Below are positions 26,623-39,000 of a stretch of 64,000 bases of DNA, one piece after another. The translations under genes were made by a program, and so were the position numbers. Within the stretch, counting starts at the first letter, position 1. Every line of letters begins with the position of its first letter. The stretch covers positions 121,212,001-121,276,000 of the forward strand of contig NC_087436.1 in NCBI RefSeq assembly GCF_036321535.1. Reading direction: 5' to 3'. Below the pieces are notes generated by a model. That model made no database searches. It worked only from the letters and a program-made list of their open reading frames with translations, and was not told the origin of the DNA. The stretch is from Camelus dromedarius. Lineage: Eukaryota.

Positions 26623-27724
26623 CTGAAAGAAAAGAGAGAGAGACATGAGTTAATGAGGCCTCATGACAGGTCAGGAAACAGCACGTGCACGTGAGGAGCA
26701 AACCCAGGGACTCCAGAGGGTCTGAGGCTCGCGGGCAGTGTCCCGGGAGAGCTGCCACCTCTCCGAGTCCAGAGTCACTTCCAGTTCCGGAGTGAGCCCC
26801 GCCCAGCGGAGCCGGGGCCCAGGAGGGCGGAGGTGCCCGTCTTCACTGAGCAAACCCCAGCATGTCCGACAGCCGGGCTTACTAACAACCTCGGTGCAAC
26901 AGCCTTACGGATGTCAGTCTAACCGGCCCCGGGTCAAAGAGGTAGGGCCCCCGCCCACAGTCCAGCCAGGGCCCATCAGCACCCGTGCCCGGGGCCCAGG
27001 CCCGCCCAGAGTGGGGATACAGCCCCCAGTGGTGGCAGAGCAGGGGTGGCCCCCAGCCCACCCGGGCCTCACCAGGTGGAGCGGGAACAGCCCCGAGCAG
27101 GCAGGCGTGGGGGGAGCTCCAAGCAGGGGCTGGAAGAGGCGGGAGACTCAGGAGAGAAGGGGTGCTGATCAAAGGCCTAGGAACGAGAACCCAGGCACCG
27201 GGCAGGAGGGCAGGTCCCGACCAGAGGGGGGCGGCGGCGGAGGGAGGTCCCAGGGCGACAGGCACTCAGTCACTGAGCTCCGAGCAACTCACAGAGGGGA
27301 CATCTGAGCAAGACCACCTGGGGACACACATGCAGGTGGGACAGCTCTGAGGCTTTGGAAGGTCACCCCCAGGGAGAGACAAGACAGGGAGGGAGGGAGA
27401 GGCTCCTGAGAGGTCGGGACGGGGAAGAAGCCGGGTGGAGGAAGGCAGGGTGTCAGCGGCACAGACATCAAGAAGCCTGACCTGTGGGAAGGGGGCCGGG
27501 TTCAGTATGGGGGGGCCGGGTAACTGGCCACCTTCCATCGCTGCCCAGCGGCCGCAGAGGGGCTGCAGTCTCCCCAGGCCCATCCCCCCAGGCCTCACAC
27601 GCCTTCCTCTGCAGACGGAGGGGAGACGGGGTCCCAGGGCATGTGGGAGGCTTGGCCGACAGAGGGGAGCAAACGGGGAGCACCTTCCCAAATGCCGGGC
27701 CTCCCCAGCAAGTGGAGGTCACTG

Positions 27725-27830
27725 TTTTTTTTAACTTTGGATTGAAGTGCAGTTGTTTACAATGTTAGCTTCAGGTGTACAGCAGTGATTCAGTTATACA
27801 TATACATACATACACACACATAATTTTTTC
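27725..27830 (-). mobile_element. Short L1 3' terminal fragment
   Basis: TTTTTTAACTTTGGATTGAAGTGCAGTTGTTTACAATGTTAGCTTCAGGTGTACAGCAGTGATTCAGTTATACATATA. Confidence 0.75.
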
Positions 27831-29838
27831 TAAGAGGTCATGTTTTAAGACCCCTAAGGCTAAAAGCCAAACCAGCAAGGTCCAGAGGTACCCCGGGTTA
27901 GCCGGCCTGCAGTTAACGCCCCCACCACGCCCACCACGGGGGAGTGAAGCACATGCCTGTGGTCTGGATTCTGAGAAGAGCCGCCCATGTCAAATGCACC
28001 CCCGGCTCACTGCTTGGCCTTCCCATCGCCAGCACCAGAGCCCCCCAAACCCTGTTTCCCAGCCTGCATGGAAGATGGGGGACCCTCTCCCATTTCGAGA
28101 AGACCTGGTCTCAGCCCCTCACCTCGTGGGACTTACACCTGCAAGACTAGAGAGCCTCCTGCCCCAGAGGGCCCGTCCTCGGACAACAAGAACAGGGCAT
28201 GTCACGGTGAAAAGCATCCTGAGTCCCAGGTAAGAAACACTCTGGAACAGGAACTCAGCACCTTACCGATACATTTTTCCATGTAAAATCATACGCTGTT
28301 GTGTTTCCAGCTTTTAAACTGTTGTCTTGCCAGACAGGCAGGCAAAGAGCAGAGCCTGTGAGCCAACACAGCCATCAGCCCTCGCCCACCGAGGGTCCGG
28401 TTTTCCCTTCAGGAGCGGGGTGGGTCTCCTCCCCAGGCTGACAAATGCTCTGGGAAAGCTGTCCTTCCCATGCTCACGATACATCACCGCCAGTCGTGGT
28501 ATAAACTAAATAATATCAAAGGCACATTATTCCCTTGAGATGATGGGAAGAAAATCTGCCCTGGCTCGTGGTCTCCCACCTCCGCTCACGACCCGTTGTC
28601 CCGGCAACCATCTCTATCCCCACCAGACGTTAGTCTGAAAGTACAGTTCCACGGAGACACGCTTTAATGTCGCCCGGACATAAACCACGGTCCTCCTCCG
28701 AGTTTACACACTTTCAGAGAAATAAGTGATGACTTCTTAACCGACTACTTAGTCTGCAAATAAGTTCCCAGTAACATAATTCTTCTGTTTACCGGCTAAC
28801 ATTTGCTCTATTTATCTGCACGCACACCTGGGAGAGACGGAGCTGGTACCAGGGCAGACACGTCAGGGCCCTCCGGGTCCTCAGCCCTTGTGAGAGGGGC
28901 CCGGAAGCAGGCCTAGAAGCACATCACAGCGGACTCTTTCTAAGGGGAGGTGAAGCTGTCAGCACACCGCAGTGACAGGTGCCGCCTCGGGGGAGGGTGG
29001 CCGGCACCGGGCGTCAGGGTGGACCGGGGGTGCAGGCAAGCAGCCTGCTGGCAGCAGGCGGGGGAAGGCGGGCAGCTCCCAGGTCATCTCTCCCGGCCTC
29101 GGGGCTGATGCGTCCAGTGTCTGACCGAGTTACTCTTACACCTAGTTTGCCTTTTTTTTTTTTTGAGCACATCCTGGCTGATGGGGGAAGTCCAAAAAGG
29201 CAAAACTTCAGAAACTCCCATAGAGAATTCCGAAAGCACACCCCCCACAAAAGGCAAGCAGGACTGACCGCAGCTCAATGTGACTACAAGTCGGCACTCC
29301 CAAATTTCTTGCTTAGACCACTGTAGGCTTTTACGAATTAAAACTTGACACTCCTCATGTTTGTTCTGAAACCCAGTATAACTTGTATGAATACTGGGTT
29401 TTCATTAGCTCAGACTTCGTCAGTTCTTCCCAAATTCCCATATGGACATGCTATACGTACAAAAATCAGACCCGCAAAAAACAAGCTGCCCATGAAAAAA
29501 GGTCCCAGAAAGAGCGCGTTTTCTATGCTTACGATGTAAACATAGACCATAATGAGAAGCCCTGAAGAGGTCTGTACTACGTCTCCAGGACTAGAGTTCA
29601 ACTCAGCGTAAGCACGTCTGTCTCACGAGAACGCGCCAAGTGCTTTAGATGTGTTATTTAAGGTCGAACAGTCCCCATTCCTCGGGTCTGCCTCTCCAGC
29701 CGGAGAGTTCAGTGGACAGTGATTTGGATTTATTCCCAGCAGGATATCTGTTTGGACCGCACGGCCTGAGGAAAAGGGACAGTGCCCCGCGGCCCATCCC
29801 CCACAGGGTCCACAGCTGCACAACACCGTGCACGCGCG

Positions 29839-29860
29839 CACACACACACACACACACGCA
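29839..29860. repeat. (CA)n microsatellite
   Basis: CACACACACACACACACACGCA, preceded by a short CG alternating run. Confidence 0.9.
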
Positions 29861-32800
29861 TACCACCCCACTCTTTCCAGCAGTTTCAACCAAAGAGACA
29901 AATGGACGTAAGGCTCACGTGGAGGCAAGGAAAAGGCATTGATTTCTAGGTTCAAACCGTGATGTTCACAGCAGAGAATTTCTGTGGTCCCAAGTCAGTG
30001 ACGACAACAGAACGAAGGAACCCCGGGTGTGTTCAGTGCCACCCAGAGACAACAGGCCTAGGCCAGGGACGGAGGGCAGGGCGGCCACCGCGAAGCCCCC
30101 AGAGGCTCCTGCAGAGGGAGAGGGCATGGGATGGGGCACTGAGGGGAATCTGTGTGTCTCCTTTCAAAGTGTGTGTGTCCCAAAGAGCTCTTCAACTTCA
30201 ATAAAATCAGAAGAAGCCAAGATCCCATAATGGCAGCTAATATTTCTGCCATGCCCTTGGACACGCCTAAGATAATTCACTGTAAACACTTTTAAAAGTC
30301 TGAAGTAACACAGATGTGGGGCCCAAGCGCCACACTGACACGGGGTTCAATGTAAACATCCGACTTTACGCAAGACTCCTCCGACCCTACCACTGAAGTC
30401 CAGACTGAGAATCCCGCTCCTCACTGGCCCACCCAGCTTAAGAAAGACAAGAGCCCCCACCGCGGAGACAGGGCGGGAGGTCCAGGGCTCTGGAACCTTC
30501 CCAACTCAGCACCCCAACAGGACAAGTCAAGCTAACGTCAACACTGGCCTTCCCGGGACGGTCTGTGCAGGAAGTGGCACTGAGCGTAGTTCTCAGACGG
30601 AGGCGCGCCGGGAGCTCCTTCTGGGTAAACAGAGCTCGCTCAGACCAGGGCCCCAGCCCCGCGCTCCTCTGAAGCTGAAGCCCCACCCCAGGAAATGTTT
30701 TCTCATAAAGGCTGAGATAGAGTCACGCTCTCAAACCTCTGCCTTGAGGAGTCGAGCCTGGGCCGGAGCCATATGCTTCCCAGGCAGGCAGAGCCCGGGT
30801 TCAGGTGGTTGTGGGTGCGGGACGTGGGGTGCAGCCGTGCCCTGAAGGTCAGCAGGGTGCGGGCAAATCCTGGGATGGCTTCCACTTGTTCAACCAGTCT
30901 TGCTGAGCACCAAGTCCCCTCGGGCTGTTGCTGGAGACAGGGGTGTGGGAGGAGGGCTGATGGTGGACAAGGAAGGATCACTGATTCTCTAGCCGGGGCA
31001 GGCAGACCTGGAGGGGCTCGGAGGGTCGCATTCAGGGGCTTGGAGGCTGGCGCCGAGCCTGGGGTTGGGGAGACCAGGCAGGAGCAGGTGCAGGCGCTCC
31101 CTGGGCCTCCTGCATGTCCACAGGGACAAATTTCCAGGTCTGCAGAGGCAGGTTGGGGACGGCAGCCTCTGAGTGGCAGCTGGGAAGGACCCAGAGGAGG
31201 GGAGCTGGTCAGAGGCCGCTGGTTCAGGAGACAAGCCTCCCCACCCCCGCCCCCACGCGCAGGACCACAGCTGAGAGAGGCCCAGCTTCCACTCCTGTCA
31301 GACGAGGACCCAGGAGAAAGGGGCTGCATACAGCCTCGCAGGGGAAGGAGAGGAAGAGGGGACAGGACACAACTTCAAGAGAAGGATGCAGGGAAAACCC
31401 AGTTCACAGTGACCAACCTCTTCAGGAAAAAAAGCGGAAGATGTGAAAACAGAAATTTGATGACAGTTTCCCTCAGATAGATTAGGAGGCCTTCTTCTTA
31501 GATAGGTAACAAGAATCAGAGCGTTAAAAAGTGAGAAAAGAATTTGTGCAGCCGCAGATCCGGAGGGATGAACACAAAGGGTCCCTGCCTGACCGAAGCC
31601 CCTCCCCAGCCCAGTCTAGCCGGGGCAGGTAGGTGGCCTGACTGGGATGGTGCTGCCTGGCTCCGGTCAGGACCTTCCAGGAGTGGGCGCAGGAGAGGCC
31701 AGAGCAGGGGAGAGGTCAGTGAGCACAAGGCAGCTCATCTGAGCCAGAAAGAGAGACTCAGTCAAGGGGAAGGAACTCTGACAGCCGTCAAGCTCATCCT
31801 GAGAGGTTCAGAGACGGCAGGCAAAGCCCCTTTGGCAACCAGCCCACGGACAGGCATGCCTGGCTCCCTGCCGGCCCAGGCTCCCCTCCTGGAGCTGAGC
31901 CCTGTGCTCAGATGGCCCCTCCTGCCCACGCCACCCTGGGCGGACCTGGCCAGGAGAGGACCAGGGGTCCCGGTGTGGGTGATGTGGAGCAGGAAGCAGT
32001 GGCCGACCCCTCCTGCCCACCCCACACCTTCCCCTTTGAGCTCTCACTTCCCCACCACAAACACGGAGCCCTTCCCTCTTGGACACCAGGGCTGACCTCC
32101 TCGAGCCGCAGGGCTTTTCCCTGGGATCCGTGCCGATGCCCACCGCACAGCCCCACCTGGACCGCGCCAGCCCTCCCACCAGAGCCCACCGCTGCCCTAA
32201 CGCCCCTCTGCTCAGCGCACTGCCCAGAAAAGACTGTTTTACCGTTTTTACAACGCAACCTTTTATTTTCAGATCCCACAAACAGCCCAGTGCAGGAAGA
32301 GTTAAGCCACTTGGTGTCGGGCAACCCTTCTCGCTGGTTCTCTAGCAGCAGAAAGGGGACCGATCGCCTGGGCGGAGAGGAGTCCACGCAAACCCGTTAC
32401 ACTGGACATGCTTCCAGATCATCCAAAGACTGCTGGACACACGAGCCCCCACGCGTGCAACACAGCAGAATACTGTGCTCACGTCCAGACCCAGGGGGTG
32501 ACTAACCTCCCTGAGCAGCCACCTCCGCCCGGGTCACTGGGCGTGGTGGACCCTGACTGTGGGTCTGGCCCAGTGAGAGCAGAGCGGGGACACATAGTCA
32601 GGTCAGGCGAGGTCCGTGCGGGGCCCTGGGCCCTAGAGGAGGGTGTAGAACTGGCCTGTGACCATGGGGACATGGGCTCTCTAGCCTCAATGGCCCTGCA
32701 CTCTGCCCAGCGGGAACGGCCCCACTGGACCGCACACCATGCGCTTGGGCACAGCCCTCCGGGGCCGCCGCGGAGACCGGAGGCCTGGCTGCTGAGCCCC

Positions 32801-34339
32801 AGGCTGCGCCCCCCACTGCCAGCGAGGCCGGTCGGACGCGGCAGAGGTGCTGAGCGCTGGTCCGAGGTCAGGAGGCTCACCGAGCTGTCTCCCCGTGAGG
32901 ACTTCTCGTGGCTGCTCGACCGCGGTCTCACCAGCACGCCGGCTGTAACAGCCCGTGGTGAGGCAGCTCGGGACCACAGGCGGCTCTGCTCTACACAGAG
33001 GCACACACCTACGTCTGCGGTGCTGGGTCCGCTGTTAAAAGACGGGGAAACTGAGGGGCTCATCTGGCCAGTGGGAGCCTCGTTCCTTCCGGGTCAGCAC
33101 CCATCAGCTCCCTCTGTGCTTTGTAGATGGGAGGCAGCTCCAGTAAAGGCTGACGAATCCTCCACCCCGAGACCAAAGAAGCTGCCAGCAGCAGGGAGCC
33201 TCTCACAGGCCACGGCCTTCCCTGAGCACATCCATCCTGTGGACTGAGCCCCGGCTTTCTTGTGACACCTCCACTTTAAAGACAAACAATCTGAGGTTCA
33301 GAGGGGGAGACAGTCTACTTATGAGCACAGACAGACCTCGCAGGGGGAGAGGCAGCCTTCCAACACCCGTCCCCCAGCCCTACTGCCCTTCCCCATGGGA
33401 ACTCCCACCACAGGGCCGGCCCCTCGCAGGGACTGAGCTGGAAGCCACGGCACTTTCTGCCCCTCTTCCACGGGCCCACGTGGAGCCACCGGAGCCCCAG
33501 GACTCTGCTGCCCCACGACTTGGCAGCTCGTTCTCTGCTGCTTAAAACACAACCGTACTAACCAACTATTTTCAGCACGTTCACATGAACAAGTTATTTG
33601 CTGGGCTGAGAATCTGCAAAATTTCAAAAATATTTATATAGGCAAATACAAAGGCAGATATTTAGTGACTTTTTTTCACTCAAAATCAAAAACAAAATTT
33701 TTAAAAACTTGCTTTTCCAGACTATGGACATGAAAACGCAGCCTACATGTGTGCACAAAACACTAAGTGGCTAACTGGTCCACTGAGGACACAACATATC
33801 CAAAGGTCACTTGTCCACCAGGACGTGGACTGCAATCCAGTGCCCCTGCACAGAGACAGCCAGAGGCAGGCACACGGCCAGCACGCCTGTAAACAGCAAA
33901 GCCGTGCCCCGCCCTCTCACCTGGCTTTATTAGCACAAGGGGTTTCAAAATACACACTCGATGTTTCTACTCCACGAAGTCTGTGCTCACTCCCTAGGCG
34001 CAGTTCTTGCCCTGTCCAGCAGACCTACTTCCGCCTAGCAGGTCTACTCCTGTTTTCTGCGTGAGAGGAACGATGCAGTCATTTTCCTAAATCCAGCATC
34101 CAAACCAGTCGCTTCTGAGCGTGTAGTTGCGCCTGCAGTTCTCCACAGAAGGTTCTAATTAGGTATTAGGAGAACATATTAAGATGGAACAACTCTCAGA
34201 ACAGGATGAATTTAAGATTGGTTCCCAGTAATTAGTGACAAATTTCTGTTAATAATTTAAATTCATTTTTACCTTTACATCAACACAACATAGTCACAAA
34301 AGGAAAGTAAAAATTATTCTTTATTTAATCTCACACCTT

Positions 34340-34480
34340 TTATTTTATTTTTTTAAAAATTTTTGGGGGGGGGAAGTAGTTAGGTTTATTTATTTATTTG
34401 TGGAGGTACTGGGGATTGAAACCAGGACCTTGTGTGTGTTAGGCAGGCACTCTACCACTGAGCTGTACCCTCCTCCCCAG
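34340..34480 (-). mobile_element. tRNA-derived SINE (vic-1-like), full length with TSD
   Basis: A and B boxes, AAATAAATAAACCTAACTACTTCCCCCC tail. Direct repeat TCTCACACCTT at 34329-34339 and 34481-34491. Confidence 0.9.
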
Positions 34481-34509
34481 TCTCACACCTTAAAAAAAAA
34501 CACTTTGTT

Positions 34510-34620
34510 GGGGAGGTCCTGGATGCAATCCCCAGTACCGCCATTAAAAAAATAATAAATGAACGTAATTACCCCCCCAACAAAATTTTAAAAATAAATA
34601 AAAATAAATTAATTAAAAAA
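34510..34620 (+). mobile_element. 5'-truncated tRNA-derived SINE (vic-1-like)
   Basis: GAGGTCCTGGATGCAATCCCCAGTACCGCCATTAAAA...AACGTAATTACCCCCCC plus A-rich tail. The A-box part is missing. Confidence 0.85.
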
Positions 34621-35166
34621 CATTTTCTAGTAAGTTCACCTTTATAAGCTCAGATATTGATCAATCACTCGGCACGATGACCAGTGGTCCCCATGTATGT
34701 ATGTGAGCCACAGCCATCTCATCACAGTAAAAAATGCTAGAAAGTAGTCATTTAAAGAACATGGTGCATTTTAATACATTCATGCAGCTGAAACTGAATC
34801 TGTCAACAAAATTAATTCACTCATCCTGAAAATCTGTTTGAATTACTCTGGTAAGGACCAGAAAAACACTGATGCTTCCTGTAAGGCTGACAGAGGATGC
34901 AGGCAGCTTCCCCCTCACCCAGAGGCTAGACTGGACCGGCTGCCACCAGCCTCGCTCCGGGTGCTGATCTGTGGCCTCAGAGCCGGCTTCTCCCTCTGCG
35001 GGACTCACTTCAGGCTCCAGGATGCAGGCATAAGATAAATGTTTTCCAAGTTTATACCTAAAAGCTACCATTCACTAAACAGGCTGAAGGTAAAGCAGAA
35101 ACCAAGATGCCAAGTTTCCTTACAACAATTCTGTTTAAGTGAAAAGAGACATCTGGAGTCACTTAC

Positions 35167-35220
35167 CTGCTGACTGTTTAAGACGGGGGTTTCCTTTGGC
35201 AACCCCTCTTCCAAATCCAT
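35167..35220 (-). CDS. RGS12: Alternative first coding exon of the short PDZ/PTB-less RGS12 isoform (MDLEEGLPKETPVLNSQQ)
   Basis: ATG in strong context (aagATGG), 18 codons, perfect donor CAG|GTAAGT in phase 0, matching the micro-exon acceptor. Resembles the 18-aa N-terminus ending in QQ that I recall for the human short isoform (from memory, not searched). Confidence 0.8.
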
Positions 35221-35350
35221 CTTAAGACTGGAGAACGTCCGACCAGCACCCGGCACGCAGCTCTGAAATGCACCACCTAGCCCCGCCGCGCGCCTGTGCA
35301 CGTCAGAAAGTTTAAAGACATTTCGGATGAAGTTCCAGTCCTCTCCCTTC

Positions 35351-35365
35351 GTAACCCATAGCAAC
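35351..35365. promoter_or_regulatory. RFX X-box-like motif in the putative internal promoter of the short isoform
   Basis: GTAACCCATAGCAAC fits GTNRCC-N(0-3)-RGYAAC, about 130 bp upstream of the ATG at 35220. A CRE half-site (ACGTCA, 35300-35305) and a GC-rich CGCGCG patch lie nearby. Confidence 0.5.
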
Positions 35366-38300
35366 AGGACACTGCAGGAAGCTGTGGTTTGCCAAGGATT
35401 CAGACTCTATCTCAATTGTCTCGGACAAAAAAAAAGAAAAGCCGTTTACATAAACCACGCTGTGAGATCATTTTTAAAGCATTTCCTCTAAAAATCAGAA
35501 GAGTAAGACTTCAGCTGGGAGGGGCGATTTCTCAGCCAGCAAGCAGCTGCAAAGACCCGGCCTTCAGCGGCAGGGTGCCGTCCGCAGCCTTCATCACAGC
35601 TGCTGACGGCTCCACTCTCAGCCCCCGTGTGCACGCGTGTGCACGGCGCCAGCCCCGGAGCCCGCCGCACCCTGGGAGCCGTCTCAAGGCACCCAGCTCT
35701 GTCCCACCTCTGCCCTGTCTGCCCGCTGACACCTGACACAACCTGCAAGTGAGGAACCGCGGCGGGTCCTGGTTTACGAAAGGAAGAAGGAAAGAAAACA
35801 AAAGCTGTTTCCAGAACCTAGGTGTCACTGCAAAGCTAGCCACAGGCTTTCTGGAGATGCGGGCTAAACTGCTCACCCCGAAGTGCTTCGTTGTCCAAAT
35901 CTCTCAGCAGCGATGCCCGGGGTCCCAGCTGAGCCGCTCCAGGACCTCCCCTCCCTCCTAGAAGGTGAGGCCAGAGCAGACCTCAGGGAGTATTTTGTCC
36001 ATGACTGTGGGTGCAGCCCCAGGGCCGGTGGGCAGGGATGGCGGCCTCCAGTTTGGGGTCACCAGCTGGAATGCTGAGCCCACCTCACTCGGCTTTCCAC
36101 GGGGCAGCATGAACGCAGCCCTCCAGAGTGTCCAGCGCAGAGACTCTGCCCCTGGGCATGCGGCCGGGTCTGCTACAGAAATGGCCTCAGGTGGCACTCA
36201 CAGACCAGACGCGGCGCCGGCTGAAGCCTCCTCAGGCAGCTTCTCTCCAGAGATCCCTGCACGGCACGTGTGGAAGCAGGGGCAGGAAGGAGCAGAGGCC
36301 ACTATGGCCACCCCTGCACCACCACTGAGCACCAGGGACGCCAGCCTGGTGCACTGGAGACTTGGAGGCTGTGATGGGCCAGCCAGGAAGAGGGGCCTGC
36401 GGCCTGGCCTGGGGACCGAGGGGTGGCCGCGCGGAGGAACCAGGACTAAGGAAGAGGCGCAGGGCACCAGCAGGTGCCCTTCCCTGGAAGCGGGTCAAGG
36501 ACACAGAAAGCCTCTCCTTCCAGCTCCTGCCAGCCCCAAGTGCTTTGTCCTCGGCCCCGGGCTCCCCGGGGCCCTGTGGTGCCTGCCTGGAGGGGCCTCA
36601 GAGCACTTTCCTTGGCAGGGCCCCACCTTTCAGGAGAGCAGAGCCGGGGATGCCCTTACAGCCAGGCCCTCCGGGCACCGGACGTCACCTTTGATCCTAC
36701 CCTGAGCCACCTTGAGGTGAAAACACTGTGTGGCGTGAGCTGGTGGCCCAGAGGCTGAGACGCGGGACCCAGCCAGGCCCAGGGCAGACAAACTGGACAC
36801 GGTGGTCTCCCTCCCTCTCCCGAGCTTCACCTTCCGACACGCACACACACATTCACACGTGCGCATACGCACACACACGTTCAGAGAACACGCCTCGAGG
36901 GCTCTGGAAAGGTGACCGCGTGGTTTCGCAGTGGGCAGCCGAGCCTGTGGCCCTGTGGCCCTCATTATCTCTGACTTCCTAGGGGCCTGCACTGACTCAT
37001 AGGGTCTGGAGGGGGCAGTGGGGGAGCCCGTCAGACCCTGGTGACAACCACGGGGGACCAAGAACGGACAGGGGCTGCCGGGCAGGCCACGCCCACAGGG
37101 CAAGCACAGAACCTCCCACTGGGACCATGGGAAAAGCCAGCACCCAGGGGCTGAGCCGCCTTGTCTTAATTCTAACTTCAGGCAGAAACAACCGGGTCCC
37201 CACAGAAGCAGCACAGGTTCATCCTGTCTGTGTTTCACGCTGTTTCACCGGAAGGCGGCCCAGGCCTAACAGGGTCCACACGCAGCTGTTGCCTCTGGGT
37301 CTCTCTGTCTCCTTGGGCTTCACCATCTCCTCTTCTGCTGTCAATCTACCCCCTCCTCTGCTGTCTGCAGGGACAGGAGAGGGAAAGGATAGGACAAGAA
37401 TTTGGCCACAAACTGCCCTGTGCCAGGTGGCACCCTCTGCGGCCCAGAGCCTGGCTGGCTTCCTGGGGAAGGAGAGGCCCCAGGCCCTCGGAGTGAGTGA
37501 CCAGACATTCCGAGCACCACCACTCTCCCCATCACAACCTCTTCTTTCTGATGGGGGTGTTGACTCGGGGCCAGGTTGGGGCCTGGTTCAGACCTGTGCC
37601 TACGAAGCCCAGCACTGCCCCTAAAAAATCCAGCCAACTGGCCATTTGGGCACGAGAAGACAAGGCTGATGGCAGCATGTGGTGTGGAGCTGCCCAGCTG
37701 GGCCCTGCAGGATGGCCAGCAGTGGAGAGGCCACGGGAGCGCGCCAGCTCACAGCCGAGTCCTTCTCAGCCCCAGCCCCAGGTCCACTGGGTTCCCTCTA
37801 TGGGTGACACTGTTAGCGACTCCAGCAAGAATGCAAGTGACTGGGAAGCAGCGGGGCCTCAGTGGGCACCCTGGAAACCGGGTGACAGCACCCAGGGCGA
37901 GTCCCAGGGCTGCAGGAGTCCAGAGGTGTCCGTTCCCTTGGCCCGTGCCCACCCACGAGCCTGTGCTGAGAGGCCCTGGGAAGCAGACCAGGTCAGAGCA
38001 GCTCCGCAAGGGTGACAGGGAGGGTCCAGCCAGGTGGACAAAGCAGGGGTGCAGAGGGCATCCCCGCAGGAACAGGGCAGCCAGGCAGCGTGAGAACCCT
38101 CTTGAGCTAAGTCCTGGGCCAGGGGCCTGGCCAGCGGCAAAGTTCCAGTGAAAGGGCCTGTGGGCGGGGGTGTCGGGGCCAGCCAAAGAGCACCTCCTTT
38201 GTCCTGGGTCCCCTCTACACTATTACCTGCCTCCCCAGGCTCTTCACTAGCCTCTGTCCCCAGCCCCACACCAGTCCTGGGGAGCGACACCTCCTCCTTA

Positions 38301-38884
38301 ACGTCCTGGACCCATTAGGACTTCCTGAGGCTGCCGCCAGTCCTGGGCACGGCTGGGCCGGGAGAGACAGACACACACGCTTTACTAAAGGTTCAAAGTA
38401 ACAGCGCAGGAGACGAGTGCGGACGACCTCAGAGGCAGCTCCTGACAGCCCTCCCGGTCCCTCTTCTGCCTAAGGAGGCCAGCCTGAGCAGGACAAGGGG
38501 CAAGGGTCAGACCACACCCAAGGATGCCCAAGACTTCCAGGGGAAGAAGCCAAGTGGGTATAAGGAGAGACTAGGGAGGGCCCCTGGGGACCTCCTGCAG
38601 TGGGCTCAGGGCCTCGGCTGTGACCCCCGTGGTGGGACCCTTGAGTCTCTCCCCGCCCCGTGCAGCTCTCCACCCCTGACGCAAGGTGAGATGTCTGACC
38701 ATTCGCCATCCACCTGGCCCAAGCCCCGACCCCACAACACCCACCTCACCCTCCTAACTGCCCCACCCTGCCCCACGCCACCACCATTCATTCTGGGCCC
38801 AGCAGGCAGAGGGACCCTTTCCAGAGCTGGCTCCCGATGCTGCCCCGCCCACCTCCCCAACCTCGTGTGTGGCTCATCCATCCC

Positions 38885-39000
38885 AGCTGGGAGGCCAGCT
38901 TCTCTGGGCAGGAGTTGATGTCAGTTTTGTCCACCGCTGTCCACAGAGCCAGAAACACATCTGCACACAGTAGGTGTTCAATAAAGAGTCACTGAGTGAG
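38885..39000 (+). mobile_element. L2 3' end
   Basis: TTTTGTCCACCGCTGT...GCACACAGTAGGTGTTCAATAAA. Confidence 0.65.

Noticed and set aside
30703..38290. Dense cluster of 150-280-aa ORFs on both strands (e.g. 30773-31480, 32408-33247, 35965-36705)
   Set aside because: Stop-codon scarcity in GC-rich intron, many non-ATG starts and no domain similarity. Only the minus-strand frame 32483-32990 was kept as a candidate, because of its splice signals.
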